From assembly GCA_012295275.1 (NCBI GenBank), contig CM022676.1:9176001-9240000 (forward strand): DNA of 64,000 nt, written 5' to 3'. Of this stretch, positions 55,982 to 64,000 are shown in pieces. This stretch comes from Chrysomallon squamiferum. Taxonomy: Eukaryota > Animalia > Mollusca. The notes under the pieces are model-generated. The model was not told the origin of the DNA. It was given only the letters and a program-made list of their open reading frames with translations, and searched no databases. The number at the start of each line of letters is the position of its first letter. Positions within the stretch are counted from its first letter, which is position 1. The translations under genes were made by a program, and so were the position numbers.

Positions 55982-58900
55982 CTTATAGATACATATTTTT
56001 GTGTGTATAGGTTTGTGAGTATGTGTGTATATATATATATATCTTTTAGTGTTTGTGTAAATAAATTCAAGAATTTTAATAGTAAAATAACACTTTTTAG
56101 AGAATTATTACAAACAAAATATATTTATTATTAGCAATTTTTTTTTTTTTTTTTTTTTTAAATTTCATTACACTATTTTATATCCACATATGAATCAAAG
56201 AGAAAGTTTTAAAAAAGGGGGGCCCTGAATATCCTTATATTACTTTCATGTTATAACAATATGATTTAAAAAAATAATAATCATAAGTTTGAGATACAAG
56301 TATGGTGTATTATAGTAGTTTCTTTTAACTGATTAATAATTTGAGACAGGTGAGTGGGAAAAAACCCCATTAAAGTACAAGAGTTGTTAGACAAATGCAC
56401 ATATAGTTAATATTGTTTTCCTATACATTAATATGTAGTGGTAGGAAGATAAAAGTTAAACTGCAGATATAGAAAGAAATTAATTGTGTTTAGTCAGATT
56501 TACACATCAAAGCACACAGACTGGGCTGTCCTTGTTCCTGAAATTCAGAAAACAGGCCTACCCTCATTTGCCTGAATTCTCAATAAAAATATGTATTCTC
56601 ATAATTATTGCAGTATTGACTCAAATCCTTCCAGAATTAATGTCATATGCAAACATCAGTTTGTCATACAAACAACATTTTTTTTTAGCTCTAATAAACA
56701 CATGCAAAACAGCACATTTTGGCACCATCAGATATCCAGAAAAGGGCAGATGATATGAAAAAAAATGCCTCTTTTTTTCCGTTTGAGTGAAACACAACAT
56801 ACACACACATAGGATTTTATTCATTTGTATTTCAGGTGTTCACGAGTGTACTGGAGCACAAAAGACGCACGGCGTCGATGCATCTACACGTGTCGAATAA
56901 CAGAGATTAGACCCACTGTCACAGTGCCCGAGGTAAACATCAAAGACATGACCATCATCCACGATGAATCTCACCCAGACTTTGTTCCCCTTGACAAGCT
57001 CGATCTGAAGTCACTCGGGCTGCCTTCCCTTCTGAACTCGTCCGACCAAGGTGTGCAGAAGATGGATGACGTCATCTTTGTTTCTGAGAGTCACTGCTGT
57101 GTGACTACTACCACAGCAGCAATAACGACGATGTCATCAACGGTGACGTTTACGTCCAGGATTAAGAATGCCGCTTCTGCCGAAAATGTGTCTTGCGTTA
57201 CGACGCCAGAAGTAAAACTTCAAGGAGAATTTCAGAAGATGGATAGAGTAAACAGGACTAGTTCTCCTGCGACGTCCAGCAGAATCAATCTTGATGTCCT
57301 CTCTCCGAACACTCTGAAATACCTCGGCCCTACTGCCCTGAACAAGTATTCATCGCTCGAACAGCCGGTCAGAGTTAAAGACGACGATTTTGGAAACTTG
57401 ACGAAAATGGTTGACAGACTAAACAACGCCGCAATTCGAGGAAAAACCAGTTCAGGCGCAGGGCCTGGCACAAAGAGACCGGCCAGCGTCGAGAGGATGA
57501 TAGCCGAGTCAGCTTCGCCTCCTGCTGGAAAACTGAAACGTTCGTCCTCGTGCGATAGTCCGTTCCATCAGGAGATCTCTAAGCCGTTAAAATCTTTCAC
57601 TCCTTTTGCCAACTCGGAAAATAAACTCGACGCGTCTGTGACTGAAAAACTCACTGATGTTTGCATGGCAGCAGCAGCAGAAGTGGATAAATCCACACTT
57701 TGTCCTCCTGATGTAAAATCATCTCCTGCTGCTGATGAAGTGTCTTCCAGTGAAACCGCTGAATCCAGCAACTCGGATGTGGTTGAGACAACCGATGAAC
57801 AGGCTCTGGTTGAAAAGGTTCTGAGCAGTGTTCCGTCGGAGCTGTTGGAAGATGGAGAAAGTCAGACTATCGTGGTGCTGGCTGAAGATTCAAATCTCAC
57901 CGAGGAAGAGATGATCGAACTGGCTCGAAGTGCTCTGGAAAATGACAACACTGGAACAGACACCAACATTTCAGAAGCTGATGCAAGCACACCAGATCTG
58001 TCTACAACAGATGTTAACAAGGACATTATGAACCAAACAGCAGTAAACACAATCAGTCAGGCAGCTCAAGAAGATGAAGTAAATCTTGAAAGAAAAGACC
58101 CAGGATTGTTAAGTCCAGCCATTATTGAAGTCGGTTTTGAAACGGTAGAGTCGTCAAGCCAGATCTATGAAGAAACCAATACTAATAGTAAAATCGCAAA
58201 ACAGGCAGCTAAAGAGCACAAAGCTGTTAAAAAGGTCCACTCAAAAGTCAGCCCTAAATCAAAACAGAAAGTGTCTGGAAAAGAGTCTGTCAAGGACAGA
58301 AATGATTTGGATCAAGAGGTGAAATCAAATGCTTCTCGACTTCCTAACGTTCCAAAGATCGTTGAGGAGATATTGTCCAATGATTTTGGTGTGTATTTGC
58401 CACGCATAAATAATGATAACTGCATTCGTGAATCTCCTAAAAAAATGGTTACAGAAAGATCAGAAGAATATCCTGATGCAGAAAAAGCCACTGGATGTGA
58501 ATTGAGCAAGTTTGAAGTTCGTAAAGATCAAATTGGTGAAGCTGGGAAAGAAAAGAAAGGCAAAGTTCAGAAGAAATCAGATGCAAGAGGAAAAGAGGCT
58601 TCCATGAGTAAAACTAAACAGATTCCAGAACATCATGGCATCGTTTTGCAACGTAAAGATCACAAGAACAAGGAGTCTGGTTCAAAAATGGTTAACATAT
58701 TTAATTCTGTTGATGCCGAGAGTGAAGTCAGAGATGTTCAGGCAGGGTCTGGTGAAGCAGTTGACAGGTCCAGTCATACTGGAGCCGTGGCTGAACTGAA
58801 AACACCTTACTCTGTTCATGAGAAGGAGTCTTTTCCTAAGTCTGACAGCTTGTCTGTAATATCAGCACAGACTCGTAAAAAGACAGCTGTCCAGAAACAA

Positions 58901-61900
58901 AACACAGTCTGGCAGAAGAAAAAATCCATTGAGTCTGAGGACACTGAGTTTGATAGGGAACCAGTCTACATCAAAGGAAAGGTGGTTGGGTATCACGTTA
59001 CACCAAAAAAGAAGAAACTGGTCGAGGAGACTAAATTGGTGAACACAAAATCATTTGACGTGTCAACTGGTTGTCAGGCAGACTTAACAGCATCACCTCA
59101 TGCTGAGGCCTTCAGAATTGAAGAACGAAGATTTTAAACTTCAGAAAGTTGAGGGAAGTTTGGAATCACACAATGAGATCGGAGAAGTAAAGAATGAAGA
59201 AAAGATGGATGAAATAAAACCGTCAGTTCTTTCAGAGCAGTTGTCAGAGGAGACCAATTTGGAAAACAAAACAGAAGCAAAGGTTCCCCATTCATCAGAG
59301 AAATCATCTAAAGAAGCCATCTCCTGTGAGAATCTGTCAGCTACAGTTTGTCATGCTGACAGACAGAAGGACAGTGTAGACAAAACATCAGCACTGAGTG
59401 CTGAAAGTTCTCACAAGAAGAAAACTGAAACAAGCGATTCTGAAAAAACTGAAGCTGATATTGTTTCCGATGAAAAGAATGAGTCACCTGTTGAAAAGAA
59501 GAACCTCACGAATTCCCTAGAAGTTGTTAAACCAAAGACAGACACAGATGAAGCATCAAAGGAGGATAACGTACAAGTTACAAAAGAGAGTGTCAGTAAG
59601 AAGGAGAAGAACAAGAAAGAGCCACTAAAGAAATATCCACTCAGAAGAACGATACAGAGAGTCATTGTGGATATCGATCTGATGGAGGAACAGGCAGCTG
59701 TAAAATCGAGAAACTCGAGACAGAAACATTCCGGCGGAGGAAGCAAGGAGACTTCAGCAGATGCAGGTGGGAAGGAGTCAGGAGCAGATAAATCTCGTAG
59801 ACAGAAACATTCGAGTGGAAGTAGAGAAACAACTGACGCTGGTGAAAGAGCTTGTAAAGAAGAACCTCAGGCTGACAAGCTGGTACAAGATGATCTTAAG
59901 GATACGGGAAAACAAACAAGGACAAGAAGTGGAAATATCATTTCAAATCAGCCAAGATCAGATTTGAAATCAGAGAGCAAAACACATGGTGATGAGCCAG
60001 CTTTGAAGACTGAAAAACTGTCAGGTACAGTTCTAAAACCTGACAGCAAGGAGCCTAAAACATCAGTAGAGAAAGAAACAGCAGGTAAAACGACTAGTAA
60101 ACAAAGCGAGGGTGTGATCGAAACAGCCAGTGATATAACTTCACGAAGGGTTAGTGTTAGGATCGAGAAACTACCCGATTCTGCTTTGAACCCAGAAGCT
60201 CCAGCTGACAAAGAAATCTCGAGCAAAGTCGCTGCCAGAAGAGCTAGCCTGAGAAGTGAAAACACAAAGAATGAGTCGGATCTCAAAGTACCAAGCTTCG
60301 CACTGCACGAAAAAATAGCAGAGAAGATCAAAGCCGAAAGCATTGCCAAAAGCAGTCCTGGTGAGAAAGGACCGTTCAAATGCAGCAAGTGCAGGAGAAT
60401 GTACAGGACAGAAGAGAGCTACAATGTCCACGTTCAGGACTGCAACTTCGAGGTGAGCACAAGCGACGAGGAAGAAGATGACCTGACTCTGGACAAAACC
60501 AGCCCATCCAAGTCCGATCATCAGATTAACGAATGTTACGTCAAGCTAGATGGAATCAAGGACCAGGCTGCCAGCTCGGAGGATGGAAACGATTCCGATA
60601 AAAGATCCGGGAAAGACGAAGATGTGAAATCGAAAATCATCGAAAAAACAGATGATGGGATGGTGGTGGAGAGTGGATTGGACAGCGTGGCTGTGAAGCA
60701 GACAAGAAGCAGGCTGAAAAGACAGAAGGTGGGAGACTTGACCTCTGATTCGCTTCCAGTGGATGTCTGCGAACAGGATGGGTCGAAGAGGAAAGGCAGG
60801 GTTTTCAGAAGGACTGCTGACTCCAGCGAGAACAGTTCAGGAGTTGATCCGATGTCAACGAGTCAGGTTAGTCCAACACCAGATGATGAAGTTGTCATAA
60901 AGAAGAGAGGAAGACCGCGGAAGCATCAAGTGTCTACGCAGAACAGTACAGAGACAGCTGAAACCAGCGAAAGTTTGTCGCATAACAAGAGCTCACATGA
61001 CCAGTCTCCTTCCGACAACGAAGAGAGGGACACACCTCTTCACACAAACAGGTGGGTGAAGATAAAGAAAACCAAGCTGAGGAAATGTTCCATTGTTAAC
61101 TGGAGCTCGGAAACGTGTGACAGAATACAGAGCATCTGTCCAAAAGATTCCATCGACAGCAGCAGCAGTAAGAAAAGACACAGAAAGAGACGAAGAAAGT
61201 GCAGAAGGTTTTCTTCTGCTGAGAATGACGAAAGCAGCGCTGAGAGTCGAGCCGAGGAGATCATTGTCGTCCACATGGAGACATCGTCATCGGGGTCAGA
61301 ACATGAAATGGACAGAGACAGCACAAATAACAAATCCAGCATAAACGATACGAGTAAATCAGGTTCTGACAAACTGGAGCCAGATGCCGCAGAAGACAAA
61401 GAAAACCTGAAATGTGACGATGAGAGTGACGACAATTCTTCAAAAGACTGCGTGTCACAACCTGCGGAATCTCAGAACGTTGGCGCTGCTAGTCTTTGTG
61501 AGAAGTCGTCTGAAGATGTTGCAGAAGTCTCTTTGTCAGTGACATCAAGTGAGGAAAAGAATGAAGAAAAATCGCAGAGTCCTTCTGATGATCTTCCAAG
61601 TCCTGTGTCACCTGACAGTCCCTTTCTGGATGAGCTAACCGGTGAGATGAAGTGCAGAAAAAATGGGGAAATTGTTCCTGCAGAAACACATGCAACAGAT
61701 TCTGATGAGAAAGAATCACCAACACAAGATAAAGCTCCAGCAAGAAATATCTTTGATGTCCTGTCTCATGATTCTTCTTTGACTCAAGAAACTGGCGAAA
61801 CTGAGAAAATTGAAAAGAACGATAAGACACTTCACCAAGTTCATTCACAGATTAATCCAAATGAAGAAGAAAAGAAAACTTTCACAGAAGTTCACCATCC

Positions 61901-64000
61901 ATCTACTCCCATGAGGACAGAAGCCAATATTTCTTCAGATGGTCATTTAAGAAAATCAGACGCTCAAACATCATCGCAGACATCGTCGTCTCTTCCAAGT
62001 CCGTTGTCATTTGGTAACCGCGAATCACACGGGTTAATTCCTAAACCTCTGGCTATTAAGCGAACAGTGGTTACAGCCAGTCTGGCTTATGACCCAGACA
62101 AAACAGAAACTGAATCCAGGACAGGCAAAGAAGTTCACGGTCATGCAAAAACCGACGCAAGAATTGTTATGGTTCATCCATCTCAAAACCAGCTATCCAA
62201 AATAATGGAAGAGAAAAGAATCCAGTCGATGGATCAGTCGAAGCCGCAGAGCACCAACCAGCAGAGCATTAAGATAGCTACAGAGATTCTCAGACAGAAG
62301 TTTCTGGAGAAACAGAAGTACCAGAACATGGTGAAGCCAGTTAGTGAAATAGCGTCTGCCTCCAACATAGTCCAGCCCTCAATGTTCAACCACAGCAGTT
62401 TCCAGACAGCATCCGAAGTGTCAATACAGCAGAATAAAGCAAACATCATTGAGACAGCACTGAGGCAGCTGCAGCAGATTAACCCCGGCTTGGTGAACAC
62501 AGCAGCCCAGCAGCTGGGCTATCCTGCTCCAACCCCGCAGATAAATCAGCTCAACGTGTCGTCCTTCCAGTTCGTTCAAAACAACCAGTCGAACGTCTCA
62601 TCTTTCCAGCTGACTGGCGTCAGCAACCAGACGAATCTCTCGTCTCTTCAGATAGCCGGTATGGGCAACCAATCAAATGTTTCCTCTCTGCAGATGACCG
62701 GAGTGCCCACTCTTCAGGTGTCCAACTTGCCCAAACAGACCAGCACGTCCAGTGTCTCGTCCATCAATCTGGCAGCTCAGTACTCGTCCATCCAGACTCC
62801 TCCGGTGGCCCAGAGCGGCCTGCAGAATCCAGGCTTGCTGGTTCCGCAAAACATCACTCACGTCACCGCCACTGACATCATGTACCAGAGACCTGCAGTT
62901 GTTGGGCAGCAGCTTCAGCCAGACAGCGCCAACATACTCCGAAACTTCACTGCTCCTTTCCAGCAGCTGTCCAGTACAGTGCCAGCGCAGAACATCATCC
63001 AGCAGATCCCAGGAATGCTGCAGACGCCACCACAGGTTGGCACCATTCAGGCAGCGTCGCCCATGATGCAGACAACACCCTTGCTGCAGTGCACTCCAAA
63101 TCTTTTACAGCCGGCAGCATCGCTCGTTCAGCATCATCATCATCATCAGCAGCAGCAGCAGCACCAGACGATACTGGGACGTCCAGAAGTGATTCAGGCT
63201 CAGCTGCCTCTTCAAAACTCCGGCTCGTTCGGTTTGTCGTCCTCGAATGTTTCCTACATGGGCAGCTTCGTCCTTCCGAAAGTGGAACAGAGAACTCTCT
63301 CCAATGGAGAGATGAATCCGAGCATGATGGGCACCGCGCAGCTGTCCAGTCAGATTTCAGATAATATGATGAACTGTCTTCCAGGAGCATTGATCCAGCA
63401 GCCTGGGGGAGCAGCCAGCGTTCAGAATGTTGGAATGACTTCTACTGGCCGGCCGGTCATAAAAGTGGTGATAGAGAATCAAGAGGGTTCCGAGAATATC
63501 CTGCCACTGCCCGTACAAGATTTTGTGAGGAACATTGCTTCCGGAGAAGGGTCAGCTAATGTCAAGGTCATCTGCAAGACGACAAAGCCATCGGCCGTTT
63601 CGGAGCAAATGGTGTACACGAGCATGTCAGCGTCTTCTTTAATCCAGTCCATTTCCAGAGCGTCTGCTTCACTCGGTTTAGTCTCTTCTCAGTGTTCCTT
63701 TCAGTCATCATCTTCATCATCATCCTCATCATCATCATCATCATCCTCATCAGTAGCGTCTTCACCACCAAGAGTCCTGAAGTATTCTCTCACGCCATCG
63801 TCGCCAAATCTGCGGAAAATCCTCAACAGTAAGATATCGGTTAGTAGCCAGTCCACCATGACTTCGTCCTCCAGTGGTGCCGAAAGTAAGGAGATGATGA
63901 TTTCCAGGATCAACGTCTTGAAGAAACTCCTCAACAAGCCCAACATCCTCAGTCGCAAAAGACAAGCAAATTCAGCAGAAGGATCACCGGCCAACAAGCG
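32389..64000 (+). CDS. KMT2A: Histone-lysine N-methyltransferase trithorax / KMT2A-B (MLL1/2) orthologue, 3'-partial multi-exon gene
   Basis: Ordered hallmark motifs: menin-binding RLRFPGRPG, EDEFEGF, AT-hooks, SNL1, NR-type finger, SNL2 GPRIKHVCRRA, CXXC, PHD1-3, bromodomain, ePHD, FYRN. All 24 exons have phase-consistent GT-AG junctions; two 1-nt frameshifts (~39747, ~59110). SET domain not in window. Confidence 0.96.
33924..35466 (+). CDS. KMT2A: KMT2A/trx exon 2 (FxGF motif, AT-hooks, SNL1)
   Basis: cag|EDEFEGF; KVGRPP, RKRGRPPK; FVLPVMSSRSSRIIIPNKRF; donor gtaagt. Confidence 0.92.
35964..36170 (+). CDS. KMT2A: KMT2A/trx exon 3 (NR-type C4 finger, first half)
   Basis: CAICGD..YYGIPSCYGCSQFYRK..FVCSKAG; phase 1-1. 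Confidence 0.88.
36735..36911 (+). CDS. KMT2A: KMT2A/trx exon 4 (NR-type finger, second half)
   Basis: NCEISKQTKRKCLACWFHKC; phase 1-1. Confidence 0.88.
37690..37997. repeat. Intronic minisatellite, ~65-78-bp unit, 4-5 copies
   Basis: gggagataattcttaattagtgttgtaaatac...ttccaaaattat repeated. Confidence 0.8.
39467..39825 (+). CDS. KMT2A: KMT2A/trx exon 5 (SNL2; contains a 1-nt frameshift)
   Basis: GPRIKHVCRRAAMVLKKPVAKFP then, in a shifted frame, LSALPSLEKEKIF. Confidence 0.88.
40479..40683 (+). CDS. KMT2A: KMT2A/trx exon 6 (CXXC start)
   Basis: RCRNCEGCRKPECGKCIYCK. Confidence 0.9.
41082..41129 (+). CDS. KMT2A: KMT2A/trx exon 7 (CXXC)
   Basis: DKTKNGGPNLIKQACI; phase 2-2, 48 nt. Confidence 0.88.
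41659..41941 (+). CDS. KMT2A: KMT2A/trx exon 8 (CXXC end)
   Basis: DRKCLNP...RVREK|gtagga. Confidence 0.85.
42502..42615 (+). CDS. KMT2A: KMT2A/trx exon 9
   Basis: ...DVHLIKADFK|gtaaag, like the MLL1 pre-PHD1 segment. Confidence 0.85.
44123..44233 (+). CDS. KMT2A: KMT2A/trx exon 10 (PHD1 start)
   Basis: EDNSLNVSW...RTVCFLCGSAGKHE. Confidence 0.9.
44640..44801 (+). CDS. KMT2A: KMT2A/trx exon 11 (PHD1-PHD2)
   Basis: LIFCMACCEPFHMFCL...WCCRRCQFCNVCG..LLQCDRCQ. Confidence 0.92.
44875..45225. repeat. Intronic minisatellite, ~65-bp unit, 5-6 copies
   Basis: aaataaaccattgctt...ctctggaatagactaaaaataatctggtata repeated. Confidence 0.9.
45830..46019 (+). CDS. KMT2A: KMT2A/trx exon 12 (PHD2)
   Basis: STYHPECLGPNYPTKP..WVCMKCVRCKSCGATTPG. 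Confidence 0.92.
46352..46465 (+). CDS. KMT2A: KMT2A/trx exon 13 (PHD3)
   Basis: GNFCPVCHKCYSDDDWESKMVECAKCKSWVHAKCE. Confidence 0.93.
46652..47250. repeat. Intronic minisatellite, ~53-bp unit, ~11 copies, ending at the exon 14 acceptor
   Basis: actaactatagatgtataatatcttacttacatcattgcagattattatat repeated. Confidence 0.92.
47251..47438 (+). CDS. KMT2A: KMT2A/trx exon 14 (PHD3 end, bromodomain helix Z)
   Basis: EMYQVLSDLPEDVHYTCKMC...GLKSVLLGLLN. Confidence 0.9.
47974..49800 (+). CDS. KMT2A: KMT2A/trx exon 15 (large low-complexity insertion, then bromodomain resumes)
   Basis: 1827-nt open phase 0-0 exon ending PKDFAAVKEKLEKNLYKTV|gtaagt. Confidence 0.88.
50494..50601 (+). CDS. KMT2A: KMT2A/trx exon 16 (bromodomain)
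   Basis: EEFSEDMVNIIQAALNS..NNSVRSTFIK. Confidence 0.9.
50789..50862 (+). CDS. KMT2A: KMT2A/trx exon 17
   Basis: QMEKAFPWFNV... Confidence 0.88.
51222..51370 (+). CDS. KMT2A: KMT2A/trx exon 18
   Basis: GMLPDAVLPPTDDHTYAQW. Confidence 0.9.
52527..52657 (+). CDS. KMT2A: KMT2A/trx exon 19 (ePHD start)
   Basis: EDIRRCVLCSKLGDDDPE. Confidence 0.9.
53035..53545. repeat. Degenerate ACAACCACCTG/ACAGCCACC-core tandem repeat
   Basis: Core recurs ~8 times at irregular spacing. Confidence 0.65.
53625..53762 (+). CDS. KMT2A: KMT2A/trx exon 20 (ePHD)
   Basis: DAGRLLYVGQNDWVHVNCALWSAEVFEE. Confidence 0.93.
53960..54203. mobile_element. hAT-like MITE with 11-bp TIRs and 8-bp TSD
   Basis: cagtggcatgc ... 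gcatgcctctg (1 mismatch); flanks tgtatatg / tgtataca. Confidence 0.7.
54471..54629 (+). CDS. KMT2A: KMT2A/trx exon 21 (ePHD)
   Basis: CDYCGKSGATVGCC..C..NYHFSCAR..CVFQEDKKVYCRIH. Confidence 0.93.
55259..55376 (+). CDS. KMT2A: KMT2A/trx exon 22
   Basis: FSVLRRVCVDMEG...LNILIG. Confidence 0.88.
55814..55892 (+). CDS. KMT2A: KMT2A/trx exon 23 (FYRN start)
   Basis: GSCTIESLGHLEPLSDRSDFLLPVDF. Confidence 0.88.
56836..64000 (+). CDS. KMT2A: KMT2A/trx exon 24 (FYRN end plus >7-kb disordered region; runs off window)
   Basis: CSRVYWSTKDARRRCIYTCRI. First frame stops at 59137; the +1 frame from ~59100 reads as open at every point checked (60381 zinc finger, 63858-64000) and has no terminated ORF in the track. 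Confidence 0.85.

Noticed and set aside
60543-60563. KLDGIKD as a Taspase1 cleavage site
   Set aside because: Lacks the P3 Gln and GxDD pattern of Q[FILMV]D/GxDD; true sites probably lie beyond the window.
33956-63997. Antisense and off-frame ORFs over the large KMT2A exons
   Set aside because: Shadows of long coding exons; no independent motifs.

Overview
AT-rich, microsatellite-dense, intron-rich invertebrate genomic DNA; gene content and repeat style suggest a lophotrochozoan, probably a mollusc (inference). All alignments and translations were done by eye. (1) 1-3851 (+): 3' part of a short collagen gene with an RQKR furin site, 45 uninterrupted Gly-X-Y triplets and a CQC tail. (2) ~6.7-28.7 kb (-): tandem array of three BTB-BACK-PHR-like (BTBD1/2/3/6-related) Cullin-3 adaptor genes. 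Copies 1 and 2 sit in a recent ~9.8-kb-period duplication whose upstream flanks are nearly identical, while the C-terminal coding exon is mosaic and hypervariable. Copy 3 carries a 1-nt frameshift. A decayed ISL2EU/PIF-Harbinger-type transposon (THAP + YqaJ + DDE) was co-duplicated between them. (3) 32389 to the window end (+): trithorax/KMT2A(MLL1/2) orthologue with 24 exons traced plus a candidate microexon; FYRC/SET lie beyond the window. It carries both a nuclear-receptor-type zinc finger and a CXXC domain, a ~580-aa insertion inside the bromodomain, two probable assembly indels, and several tandem repeats built from its own splice junctions. Best candidate for an undescribed system: the diversifying BTB-PHR adaptor array with STAT/IRF-like motifs.
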